DNA from: Coprobacillaceae bacterium
Lineage (GTDB): Bacteria > Bacillota_I > Bacilli_A > Erysipelotrichales > Coprobacillaceae
Reading direction: 5' to 3'
DNA length: 32,000 nucleotides
Assembly (NCBI GenBank): GCA_963675515.1
Contig: OY776328.1
Location: forward strand, 570,001 to 602,000
In this document: piece by piece, positions 1 through 8,719 of the stretch
Layout of the letters: each line of letters begins with the position of its first letter
Numbering within the stretch: position 1 is the first letter of the stretch
The notes under the pieces: model-generated
What the model was told of the DNA's origin: nothing
Database searches by the model: none
What the model saw: only the letters and a program-made list of their open reading frames with translations
Made by a program: the position numbers and the translations under genes

Positions 1-1676
1 AAAACACGATCATCTTCGATACGGTCGTGACCAGCTCGCTTGGAAAAGTGATCGCCAACAACTACGGAGTGAAAAACCAGACGACCCTGACGGGATTCAA
101 GTTCATCGGGGAGCTTATCTGCGAGTACGAACGGACCAACGAGTTCGATTTCGTCTTCGGTTACGAGGAATCGTACGGTTACCTTTTCAGCGGCATTTCC
201 AAAGACAAGGATGCGGTGCAATCATGCATGGTTCTTGCCGAAGTGGCCAACTATTATGCGGCCCAAGGCAAAGACCTGGTCGATGTGCTAAACGACATCT
301 ACCACAAGTATGGCTACTATATCGATGTAAGCAAATCGAAGAAAATCAAGGACTCCAGCGTCATCGTCGAAAATATCCGCAAACTGAAGATCGCCAAGAT
401 CGGCGGACTCAATGTCACCGGAATGGAGGATTTCGCCAACGACAATGTCTTCGTGCGCCATTCGTACAAGATCCTGCCAAAATCGAACGTATTGAAATAC
501 TACCTTGAAGACGGTTCATGGTTTGCGGTGCGACCTAGCGGGACCGAACCGAAGTGCAAGTTCTACTACTGCGTGGTGGGGGCGACCAAACAGGCGGCTC
601 TCGAAAAGCAAAGACTGATCGAAGAGGAGCTGATGGAGCTGATCGAAACCAAGCAGGAACGAAAGGTGGCCTTCATCACCGGAGTATCCGGTCAGGACGG
701 TTTCTACCTGTCGCGGTTCCTTCTCAACAAGGGTTACGAGGTCCATGGGATGATGCGCCGTTTCTCAGGCAGCGAAGTCAACCTGGAGGCCGAAGTGCTC
801 GAAGGGATGAGTAACGAGTCGTTCTATCTCCACTATGGTGATCTGACTGACGGCACGAACATCAACCGCCTGATCGAACAGATCAGACCTGATGAGGTGT
901 ACAACCTGGCATCGCAGTCGTTCGTCTCGACCTCTTACGAGATACCCGAATACACCAATGATGTCAATTCGCTTGGTGCGATCAGGCTGCTTGACGCGAT
1001 CCACAAAACGAAACTCAAAGCCAAGTATTTCCAGGCTTCGTCATGTGTCATGTACGGCAACAACTTCGACCACGTGCCTCAAAACGAGCTGACGCCCTTC
1101 GAGCCCAACTCGCCTTATGGCATATCGAAACTCAACGCCCACTGGACCACGGTGATGTACCGCGACTCTTACAACATCTTCGCCTGCAACGGGATCATGT
1201 TCAACCACGAGTCGCCCCGACGCGACAGCAAGTACGTGACCCGCAAGATCACCAAGGCGGTGGCCAACATCGCCAAGGGCAAACAGGATAGGCTGACATT
1301 GGGGAACCTCGATTCCAAACGGGACTGGGGCTTCGCAGGCGACTATGTCGTGGGAATGTGGCTGATGCTCCAGGAAGCTATCCCAGGTGACTATGTCCTT
1401 TCAACCAATGAAGCCCACAGTGTCCGCGAGTTCGTCGAACTGGCATTCAAGACTGCTCGAATCGAAATCGAGTGGCGCGACAAGGGGATCGATGAAAAAG
1501 GTTATGACAAGAAGACCGGAAAGCTGCTTGTCGACATCGACTCGAAGTATTTCCGCCCGACGAGCATATTGGAGCTCCGGGGCGACAATAACAAGGCAAC
1601 CAAGACCCTGGGGTGGAAGCGCGAACTCTCATTCGAAGACCTGGTTGAACTAATGGTTAAAGCTGACATGCGCTAA
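1..1676 (+). CDS. Phosphohexomutase (PGM/PMM family, C-terminal part; 5' end lies outside the window) fused in frame to a GDP-mannose 4,6-dehydratase-like SDR domain
   Basis: The frame is open from nt 3 (NTIIFDTV precedes the listed GTG at 27). The N-terminal part has the phosphohexomutase domain-IV loop RPSGTEPKCKFY. From about nt 657 the same frame reads KVAFITGVSGQDGFYL..HGMMRR..NHESPRR..LGNLDSKRDWG, colinear with the canonical Gmd at 16092-17123. Stop TAA at 1674-1676 is followed by a terminator hairpin. Confidence 0.8.
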   Translation, partial: NTIIFDTVVTSSLGKVIANNYGVKNQTTLTGFKFIGELICEYERTNEFDFVFGYEESYGYLFSGISKDKDAVQSCMVLAEVANYYAAQGKDLVDVLNDIYHKYGYYIDVSKSKKIKDSSVIVENIRKLKIAKIGGLNVTGMEDFANDNVFVRHSYKILPKSNVLKYYLEDGSWFAVRPSGTEPKCKFYYCVVGATKQAALEKQRLIEEELMELIETKQERKVAFITGVSGQDGFYLSRFLLNKGYEVHGMMRRFSGSEVNLEAEVLEGMSNESFYLHYGDLTDGTNINRLIEQIRPDEVYNLASQSFVSTSYEIPEYTNDVNSLGAIRLLDAIHKTKLKAKYFQASSCVMYGNNFDHVPQNELTPFEPNSPYGISKLNAHWTTVMYRDSYNIFACNGIMFNHESPRRDSKYVTRKITKAVANIAKGKQDRLTLGNLDSKRDWGFAGDYVVGMWLMLQEAIPGDYVLSTNEAHSVREFVELAFKTARIEIEWRDKGIDEKGYDKKTGKLLVDIDSKYFRPTSILELRGDNNKATKTLGWKRELSFEDLVELMVKADMR

Positions 1677-1677
1677 T

Positions 1678-1712
1678 AAAAAAGGATGGCAAGTCAGCCA
1701 TCCTTTTATTTT
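1678..1712 (+). terminator. Rho-independent terminator after the mutase::Gmd-like ORF
   Basis: Stem AAAGGATGGC (1681-1690) / GCCATCCTTT (1697-1706), 6-nt loop, then TTTTATTTT. Confidence 0.75.
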
Positions 1713-1771
1713 GAATTTGACTGCAAACAAGCCGATAATCGGGAGATATTGTTTTAATTTACAGTCTGATG

Positions 1772-1780
1772 TGCTAAAAT
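1772..1780 (+). promoter_or_regulatory. Candidate extended -10 promoter (TGcTAAAAT) for the glycosyltransferase operon
   Basis: TG at 1772-1773 and TAAAAT at 1775-1780. There is no good -35. It would give a leader of about 190 nt before the ATG at 1980. Confidence 0.3.
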
Positions 1781-1979
1781 AGTTTACTAGATGGCCACAT
1801 AGCCAGGATGAATTATTCCGATTTAAAGAAGAAAATTCACGATTGAATTGCGACGTTGCCAAATTCTTATCAGGGGGCGGATACCGCCATTAAACAAGGT
1901 GACCGGCAAAACAGTAGGCAAAATCACATACAAGATCCAGGCCATGTTAAAATGGCAGGCAAAACGGAGATAACGGCAG

Positions 1980-2738
1980 ATGAAAGATGTTGAAATATCG
2001 GTAATCATGCCGGCATACAAGGCTGGCAAATACATTGAAGAAGCGATTTTGAGCGTGATCAACCAGCGTGGTGATTATGATGTCGAAATCATTGTGATCA
2101 ACGACAATTCGCCTGATGACACGCAAGCTGTTGTGGAAAAGCTGCAATTCGAATATCCCAAAAGCAAGATCGTCCTTGTCAATAATCGAACCAATATGGG
2201 GGCCAGCGGTTCACGCAATTTGGGAATTGCCAGGGCCAAGGGCAAATATATCGCCTTTCTGGACAGCGATGACTACTGGGCGCCAGGCAAGCTGTCCAGG
2301 CAGATGCCACTGTTTGAAAATGACCGGGTAGAATTTGTCTACGGGGCGCGCAGCCTTGTCGACCAAAGCGGGAAGATGATCAAGGCGATCATCCCGGTCC
2401 CTGAACAGGTCGGCTACCATGAACTGCTCAAGACCTGTGTGATTCCCTGCGGGACTGTCATTGTCAAAAAAGATATCCTGCCCGACCCGCCGTTTGTGCG
2501 GGACGACATCCATGAGGACTATATCCTGTGGCTGCGGCTTTTGAAAAATGGCCGGAAAAGCTATGGAGTCAACGAGCCTTTGCTTTTTTCCCGCCTGGCT
2601 CCAGGAGGGAAATCGCGCAACAAATTGAAGTCGGCATGGATGAATTACCAGGTGTACCGCTATTTTGATATTCCGGTATGCAAGGCCATGGCCCTGATGG
2701 TGTCATACACCCTGGCTGGCTTCAGGAAGTATTATTGA
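1980..2738 (+). CDS. Family 2 glycosyltransferase (GT-A fold)
   Basis: N-terminus ISVIMPAYKAGKYIEEAILSVINQ, NDNSPDDT, and the DSDDYW (DxD) motif typical of GT2. Confidence 0.85.
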   Translation: MKDVEISVIMPAYKAGKYIEEAILSVINQRGDYDVEIIVINDNSPDDTQAVVEKLQFEYPKSKIVLVNNRTNMGASGSRNLGIARAKGKYIAFLDSDDYWAPGKLSRQMPLFENDRVEFVYGARSLVDQSGKMIKAIIPVPEQVGYHELLKTCVIPCGTVIVKKDILPDPPFVRDDIHEDYILWLRLLKNGRKSYGVNEPLLFSRLAPGGKSRNKLKSAWMNYQVYRYFDIPVCKAMALMVSYTLAGFRKYY

Positions 2739-2741
2739 ATA

Positions 2742-2769
2742 AAATAGAAATCAATCTCAATTTCTATTT
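2742..2769 (+). other. AT-rich intercistronic hairpin between the GT2 and PGT genes
   Basis: Perfect 10-bp arms AAATAGAAAT (2742-2751) / ATTTCTATTT (2760-2769) with an 8-nt loop. No clear U-tract follows. Confidence 0.3.
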
Positions 2770-2805
2770 AACTTGAGTTATTCAAGTTGGAAAAGTGAGG
2801 AACAT

Positions 2806-4170
2806 ATGGAAAAATCTAGAATCATAGAACATTACAAACATTTGGTGAACCTGGTTGCGAATGTCGTGTTGGTGGCTGTTGAAAGCATCGCTTTCGCTTA
2901 CAGCTGGCATCACCACTATTCAATCGCGCTGCAAAACCCGTATTTCAAGAACGGGGATATTCTGGTCGTGCTTTTTTACATGCTCATCATGTTTTTTGTG
3001 ACCAACACGTTCAATGGCTACCGGATTTCCTACCAGCGGACATTTGACCTGTGCATAACCCATATCGTGGCTATCGTCACAACCAATGTGCTGGCATTCA
3101 TTTTCATATCGCTCATTGCCAGGGGTCTGGTTTTCCCATCTTCATTGTACAAGGTGGCTTCTTTCCAGGTCGCATTTGTAGTCCCTTGGATAATTTTAGT
3201 TAGATACATTTACAAGTCGCTCTACCCGCCTCGCGAGCTGTTTTTCATCTATGGCGACCGGGCACCGGCCGATCTTATAAGCAAGTTCAATAGCCGCGAC
3301 GACAAGTTTGAAATCATCGGTGCGATGAAATACAATACCTATAGCCGCCGATTGTACCAGGAAATCGACAACTACAAAGCGGTTGTGGTGGATGACATCC
3401 CGGCCCAGGAGCGCAATGACATCCTGAAGTACTGCTACAATAAGGGCATAAGGGTCTATGTCACTCCGAAAATTTCGGACATCATCCTCAATGCCTCGGA
3501 GAAGGTCCATCTTTTCGACACGCCGCTTTACCTGGCGCGCAATTACGGAATCAGGACATCCCAGGTTTTTGGCAAGAGGGTGGAGGACATCATCATCGCC
3601 CTGCTTGTAATGATCATCAGCACTCCGTTCATGCTTATTATCGCCCTGGCGGTCAAGCTTTACGATGGCGGTCCGGTTTTCTATTGCCAGGAACGGCTGA
3701 CCAAAGACCATAAGACCTTCATGATGTACAAGTTCCGGTCGATGAAAATGGATTCGGAAACCCAGGGGGCCCAGCTCGCCAAGAAAAACGACGACCGTAT
3801 CACCCCGGTTGGAAAAGTGATCCGCCGGCTTCATGTCGACGAACTGCCACAGATATTCAGCGTCCTCAAGGGCGATATGTCATTTGTGGGACCGCGTCCG
3901 GAAAGGGAATCGATCCACGAGGAATACAAACAAAGCATTCCCGAATTCGATTTCCGTCTGAAAGTCAAGGCGGGCCTGACGGGATTCGCCCAGGTTTATG
4001 GTAAATACAACACATCGCCCTATGACAAGCTCAAACTCGATCTTACTTATATTGAAAACTATTCCCTGTTTCTCGATATCCAGATAATCCTGATGACAGT
4101 GCGGATCCTGTTTGTCAAAGACAATACCGAGGGAATCGATGAAAACCAGAGAACGGCTGAAAAACGATGA
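2806..4170 (+). CDS. Polyprenyl-phosphate glycosyl-1-phosphate transferase (large WbaP/CpsE/WsaP-type initiating sugar transferase)
   Basis: Several N-terminal TM segments and a C-terminal bacterial sugar transferase domain with DELPQIFSVLKGDMSFVGPRPE and KAGLTGFAQV. I prefer the ATG at 2806 (GTGAGGAA RBS at 2795-2802) over the TTG at 2773. Confidence 0.9.
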   Translation: MEKSRIIEHYKHLVNLVANVVLVAVESIAFAYSWHHHYSIALQNPYFKNGDILVVLFYMLIMFFVTNTFNGYRISYQRTFDLCITHIVAIVTTNVLAFIFISLIARGLVFPSSLYKVASFQVAFVVPWIILVRYIYKSLYPPRELFFIYGDRAPADLISKFNSRDDKFEIIGAMKYNTYSRRLYQEIDNYKAVVVDDIPAQERNDILKYCYNKGIRVYVTPKISDIILNASEKVHLFDTPLYLARNYGIRTSQVFGKRVEDIIIALLVMIISTPFMLIIALAVKLYDGGPVFYCQERLTKDHKTFMMYKFRSMKMDSETQGAQLAKKNDDRITPVGKVIRRLHVDELPQIFSVLKGDMSFVGPRPERESIHEEYKQSIPEFDFRLKVKAGLTGFAQVYGKYNTSPYDKLKLDLTYIENYSLFLDIQIILMTVRILFVKDNTEGIDENQRTAEKR

Positions 4171-5267
4171 TAAAAGTACTCATTGACGCCCGGACTCTGG
4201 GAAGCGCTCCTAGCGGAGTTGGCTACTATGCATACAATTTCATTCTGGGCCTTCATGAAAATCCCGATCTTGAGCTTATCCTGGTCAGCGATGTCGCCTC
4301 GAGCGAGGAGCTCAATCATCTTCGAGATCTGGGTTTGGAAGTGATTCTCTACGGCCAGCTCATCAAAAAGAGTTTCAAGGTTTTCAGGTATCTCAAATTC
4401 ATCGATGGACTGATCAAAAAGCTGGAGCCCGACTATTTCTGGGAGATAAACAATCTGCTGCCAGCAAGGATGGGCGGCAAGAAATGTCAGAAAATCGTGA
4501 CGATCCATGACGTTTTCCCGATGTATCAAAAGGACGCCTACGGCCTGGTCTACCGGATCTATTTCTTTTTGGGGATGAGGGCGACACTGAAAAATGCGGA
4601 TATCCTGTTTTACAACTCAAAGTCGTCCAAGGTTAACTGCGAAAAGTATTTCCCACAGGCCATAAGCATCAAAAACTACATTTCATACATAATCATGAAC
4701 ACGGCACAAAAAAATCAAGTGGCAGCCGACGGGAACTATTTCCTTTACGTGGGGAACCTGGAATATCGCAAAGGGGTCGACTTGCTGCTTGAGGCGTTCG
4801 AGCGCTACGTTGCAAATGGAGGAAAGAAAAGACTGCTCCTGGCTGGCAAGATCCGTGATGAAAAAATCGAGGCGATGCTAAGGGAGCATCTTCAAAAAAA
4901 CAGCCAGCTCGAATATCTTGGCTACATCGACGAGTCGAAAAAGAACGAGCTGTATAAGGAATGTTCGGCATTTGTTTTCCCTTCAAGGGCCGAAGGTTTC
5001 GGGATGCCGGTTGTCGAGGCCTCGCTTTACCACAAGCCGGTGATCATTTCGCGCATCGATGTTTTCGAGGAGCTCATGGGCGATCATGCCTATTATTTCG
5101 ATATCGATGGCAGCCAGGAAAAAGCGGTCGCCAATCTGGCAAACGTCCTTGAACAGGACGATTTCGAACTGAAGATTGCCGATCCTCAGGACTATTTTTC
5201 ACGGTTCAACCAGAAGAACCTGAGCCGCAACATTTACGACATTTTAAAGGAAAATCAATATGGGTAA
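4167..5267 (+). CDS. GT-B fold glycosyltransferase (GT4-like, mannosyl/rhamnosyl-transferase type)
   Basis: N-terminus KVLIDARTLGSAPSGVGYY and C-terminal FVFPSRAEGFGMPVVEA (E-x7-E region). ATGA overlap with the upstream gene. Confidence 0.8.
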   Translation: MIKVLIDARTLGSAPSGVGYYAYNFILGLHENPDLELILVSDVASSEELNHLRDLGLEVILYGQLIKKSFKVFRYLKFIDGLIKKLEPDYFWEINNLLPARMGGKKCQKIVTIHDVFPMYQKDAYGLVYRIYFFLGMRATLKNADILFYNSKSSKVNCEKYFPQAISIKNYISYIIMNTAQKNQVAADGNYFLYVGNLEYRKGVDLLLEAFERYVANGGKKRLLLAGKIRDEKIEAMLREHLQKNSQLEYLGYIDESKKNELYKECSAFVFPSRAEGFGMPVVEASLYHKPVIISRIDVFEELMGDHAYYFDIDGSQEKAVANLANVLEQDDFELKIADPQDYFSRFNQKNLSRNIYDILKENQYG

Positions 5268-6519
5268 CATAAAAAACACCACCAAAGAACTATTGAAGAG
5301 AATAATTCCCGAGGATGTGCGCCGCGGTCTCAAGATCAAGGTCATGGAGCGGCGGGTCAATGAAATCGTCTCAAAGATCAAGACGGAATACGACCCGGAT
5401 GCCCATGAATTCGGGATCAACCTGTTTGGCAACATCAAGGCGGAAATCGGCCTGGGCCAAAGCATGCGCCTGGTCGCCAACGCCCTGGAGGAATCGAACA
5501 TACCTTTTACCATCTACAACCTGGACTTTTCCGGGAACATCTCGAAAGGCGATACAAGCTTCGATCACAAGATCACCGACACCTGCCCTTATGGAATCAA
5601 CCTTTTCCATATCGAGCCTTATGAGCTGGGGCTGGCCTGGATGAAGCTGCCCGACGAAGTGTTCAAGTCGCGCTACAATATAGCCTACTGGCTGTGGGAA
5701 CTCGAGGTTTTCCCTCCCGAATGGGAATTCCCGATTCCGGCTCTTGACGAGATCTGGACGCCCTCGCAGTTTGTGACTTCAAGCATCCAGAAGGTGACCG
5801 ACAAGCCGGTTTTCACCATTCCCTATCATCTTATTGTGGATACAAACACCAAATTCTATCGGGGCTACTTCGACCTGCCTGAGGACAAGTTCCTCGTCCT
5901 GGCGATGTACGATGTCAACTCTTCGGCCCACCGCAAGAATCCCGTTGATGCCATCAAGGCCTATGTCGATGCCTTTGGCGGCAAGAATCAGGAAGTCGGG
6001 CTGGTGCTCAAGGTGAACAACCCGAGCCAGAAAGATATGGACAAGCTGATGAGTCTGACGAAGGATTGCACCAATGTCTTTTTGGTGTCGAAACGGCTTT
6101 CCAAGGAGGAGGTCGATTCCCTGATCGCATGTGTCGATGTTTTCATCTCGATGCACCGGGCCGAAGGTTTCGGACTGGTCATGGCCGAAGCCATGGCGCT
6201 TGGAACGGTCTGCGTGGCGACAAACTGGTCGTCGAACACCGAATTCATGAATGACGATGTCGCCTGCATGGTCGATTATGACATTGTGGAGATCGAAGTC
6301 AATGACTTGTGGTATCGCAAGGGGAACCACTGGGCCCAGCCCAGAGTCGCCTGCGCCTCAAGTTGTCTTACAAGGCTTTACGAGGACAAAGAATACTACA
6401 GCCAGCTGCAGACAAATGCCTACAGGCATATCCAGGAGAAACTTGGTGAGAAGCAGTCTACTGAATTAATAAAATCACGTTTAGAAAATATCGAGGAAAG
6501 ATTCAATGAAAAGATTTAA
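5260..6519 (+). CDS. GT-B fold glycosyltransferase (GT4-like; from memory it resembles WbpX-type enzymes)
   Basis: GINLFGNIKAEIGLGQSMR, YWLWELEVFPPEW, DEIWTPSQF, and ISMHRAEGFGLVMAEAMALG. Confidence 0.75.
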   Translation: MGNIKNTTKELLKRIIPEDVRRGLKIKVMERRVNEIVSKIKTEYDPDAHEFGINLFGNIKAEIGLGQSMRLVANALEESNIPFTIYNLDFSGNISKGDTSFDHKITDTCPYGINLFHIEPYELGLAWMKLPDEVFKSRYNIAYWLWELEVFPPEWEFPIPALDEIWTPSQFVTSSIQKVTDKPVFTIPYHLIVDTNTKFYRGYFDLPEDKFLVLAMYDVNSSAHRKNPVDAIKAYVDAFGGKNQEVGLVLKVNNPSQKDMDKLMSLTKDCTNVFLVSKRLSKEEVDSLIACVDVFISMHRAEGFGLVMAEAMALGTVCVATNWSSNTEFMNDDVACMVDYDIVEIEVNDLWYRKGNHWAQPRVACASSCLTRLYEDKEYYSQLQTNAYRHIQEKLGEKQSTELIKSRLENIEERFNEKI

Positions 6520-7282
6520 AGAAATATACAACTATCGGGAAATGATCAACGGCCTGGTGCGAAAAGATCTTCGGGGCCGCTATAAAGGTTCCGTGCTCGG
6601 TTTTGCCTGGACCTTCATCAATCCCCTGTTGCAGCTGATTGTCTACACAATGGTTTTCTCCGTGATCATGCGCAACGGGATCCAGGATTATTACGTGTTC
6701 CTGTTCGTGGCATTGGTGCCATGGATTTTCTTCTCCGCTTCAATCACGGGAGGTTCCTCATCGGTGCTGGCTTCAGGCGACATGGTCAAGAAGATCTATT
6801 TCCCTCGGGAAGTGCTGCCGATCGCCTATGTGACCAGCGCTTTTGTCAACATGGCGCTAAGCTTCGTGGTCGTCCTTTTCGTCCTGCTTGTCACCGGTTA
6901 TGGGATCAATTTTGTGGCCCTGCTCTATCTTCCAGTCATCATGCTTGTGGAGTACCTGCTGGCCCTGGGGATCGCCTTTATCACATCGGCGTGCACGGTT
7001 TATCTCCGTGATCTGGAATACATCCTGGGTATAATCGCCATGGCCTGGCAGTTTTTGACTCCGGTCATGTACGCTTCGGACATGGTGCCAGACCAGTTAT
7101 TGCCGATCTGGAATCTCAATCCGATGAAATCGGTGATCGAAGCTTATCGGGACATTCTCTACTACCAACAAGTTCCCCAGCTGAATACCTTGCTTGCGGC
7201 GGTATTGTTGGGGGTGGGGTTCCTGGTGATCGGGGCGATCGTGTTTGACAAACTTCAAAAAGGTTTTGCAGAGGAATTATGA
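6506..7282 (+). CDS. wzm: ABC-2 type polysaccharide exporter permease
   Basis: 258 aa with about 6 TM segments. N-terminus REMINGLVRKDLRGRYKGSVLGFAWTFINPLLQ is typical of Wzm/TagG/RfbA permeases. Translationally coupled to the next gene. Confidence 0.85.
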   Translation: MKRFKEIYNYREMINGLVRKDLRGRYKGSVLGFAWTFINPLLQLIVYTMVFSVIMRNGIQDYYVFLFVALVPWIFFSASITGGSSSVLASGDMVKKIYFPREVLPIAYVTSAFVNMALSFVVVLFVLLVTGYGINFVALLYLPVIMLVEYLLALGIAFITSACTVYLRDLEYILGIIAMAWQFLTPVMYASDMVPDQLLPIWNLNPMKSVIEAYRDILYYQQVPQLNTLLAAVLLGVGFLVIGAIVFDKLQKGFAEEL

Positions 7283-8595
7283 TGGATAAAAACAATGCGA
7301 TAGAAGTACGAAATCTTACGAAAAGATTCAAGGTCTACTATGACAAGGGAAACAGTTTCAAGGAGCGGCTCCTGTTCAGGGAACGCAATGCCCATGAAAA
7401 CCGCTGGGTGATCAACGATATCAGCTTCGATGTCAAAAAAGGCGAAGCTATCGGATTGGTCGGGCACAACGGCTGCGGGAAAAGCACGACCCTCAAACTG
7501 CTTTCGAAAATAATCTATCCCGATTCGGGAACAATCGAGATGGCTGGCCGGGTGTCGAGTCTGATCGAGCTTGGTGCGGGCTTCCATAAGGACATGACCG
7601 GCCGGGAAAACATCTATACGAATGCAGCGATCTTCGGACTGACCCGCAAGGAGATCGACTCAAGGATTGAAGACATCATCGCCTTTTCGGAGCTTGATGA
7701 GTTCATCGACAATCCGGTTCGGACCTACTCTTCAGGGATGTATATGCGGCTTGCCTTTTCGGTTGCCATCAATGTCGATGCGGATATCCTGCTTATCGAT
7801 GAGATCCTGGCGGTAGGTGATGCCGGATTCCAGACGAAATGCTTCAACAAGCTCAAGGAAATCAAATCAAACGGAACGACCATCGTCATCGTTTCCCATT
7901 CCTTAGGCCAGATTGAACAGATCTGCGAACGCTCGATCTGGATCCATGAAGGCAAGATCGAGGCCGAAGGGAAACCGCGTGACGTCCATCCCCAATATCT
8001 CGATTATATGGCCCAACAGCGAAGCATCATCGCCGAGAAGGAAGCCAAGCGCAAGAAGGAAAAAGAGGCCCGGGAACATCCCGAAACAGCCGGGGGTGAA
8101 GAGTCGCCAGATGAACCAGATGAAAATAAACCAGATGAAAATGAATCACACGATACTGAAGAAAAGAAAAACAAAACTCGATGGGGTAATGGTGATTGCA
8201 AGGTTACAGAAGTCAGAATGTTGGATTCCAGAAATGTGACAAACACTTCTTTTAATACCGGTGAAGCCATTACAATCGAGGTTGACTATACAGTAACCAA
8301 GAAAGTGAATGACGGAGTTTTTGGAATCGGAATTTTCCGTTCGGATGGTGTCCATGTTTATGGGACGAACACGAGAATTGACAACTTGGAGATTTTTGAT
8401 ATTGAAACTGACGGTACCTTCAAGATCACATTGGAACATTTGGAATTGTTGCCTGGCAATTATGTGCTTGATGTTTCTATCGAATACGAGCAAGGGATAC
8501 CGGTGGATTTCTATAAGAATGCCTTGAAATTCGATGTTTTTTCCAAACTGGGTGATATCGGTGTCTCTCGCCTGGCGCATCGCTGGGATATATAA
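7279..8595 (+). CDS. wzt: Polysaccharide ABC exporter ATPase with acidic linker and C-terminal glycan-binding (Wzt_C-like) domain
   Basis: Walker A GHNGCGKST, signature YSSGMYMRLAF, Walker B ILLIDEILAVGD. Next comes a low-complexity linker KEAKRKKEKEAREHPETAGGEESPDEPDENKPDENESHD. The C-terminal beta-rich domain of about 140 aa (CKVTEVRMLDS..GEAITIEVDY..FGIGIFRSDGVHVYGTNT..LLPGNYVLDVSI) matches the Wzt C-terminal carbohydrate-binding pattern. Confidence 0.9.
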   Translation: MMDKNNAIEVRNLTKRFKVYYDKGNSFKERLLFRERNAHENRWVINDISFDVKKGEAIGLVGHNGCGKSTTLKLLSKIIYPDSGTIEMAGRVSSLIELGAGFHKDMTGRENIYTNAAIFGLTRKEIDSRIEDIIAFSELDEFIDNPVRTYSSGMYMRLAFSVAINVDADILLIDEILAVGDAGFQTKCFNKLKEIKSNGTTIVIVSHSLGQIEQICERSIWIHEGKIEAEGKPRDVHPQYLDYMAQQRSIIAEKEAKRKKEKEAREHPETAGGEESPDEPDENKPDENESHDTEEKKNKTRWGNGDCKVTEVRMLDSRNVTNTSFNTGEAITIEVDYTVTKKVNDGVFGIGIFRSDGVHVYGTNTRIDNLEIFDIETDGTFKITLEHLELLPGNYVLDVSIEYEQGIPVDFYKNALKFDVFSKLGDIGVSRLAHRWDI

Positions 8596-8719
8596 ATAAC
8601 CCAATATTTATAAACATCACAAATTTGATTTTACAAAAAACATAATAATTGAAATTTTGTGCACTGGTTTAAATTTGGATAGCTTCTATAAAATCATATA
8701 TGAAAATGGAGAAATATTT

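Noticed and set aside
1876-1888. GGCGGATACCGCC resembles the enterobacterial ops/JUMPstart core GGCGGTAG.
   Set aside because: The match is imperfect. RfaH/ops is a proteobacterial system while this locus looks Gram-positive. The similarity is most simply a by-product of a small GC hairpin.
2773-2805. Upstream alternative starts given by the ORF track: TTG at 2773, TTG at 8657, TTG at 23055, TTG at 26220 and ATG at 30948.
   Set aside because: In each case a downstream ATG with a properly spaced purine-rich RBS gives an N-terminus typical of the family (2806, 8720, 23058, 26235, 30972). The extensions add residues that look non-conserved. This remains a judgement call without alignments.
3196-3834. 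212-aa antisense ORF inside the phosphoglycosyl transferase gene. Similar long antisense ORFs lie at 5779-6330, 11030-11539, 11400-11921, 13476-14114, 21701-22501 and 29112-29615.
   Set aside because: Each one lies wholly inside a + strand gene with strong family motifs. None has an RBS or recognisable domains, and their composition is Arg/His/Val-rich shadow-frame in character. Such ORFs are expected by chance opposite coding sequence of about 50% GC.
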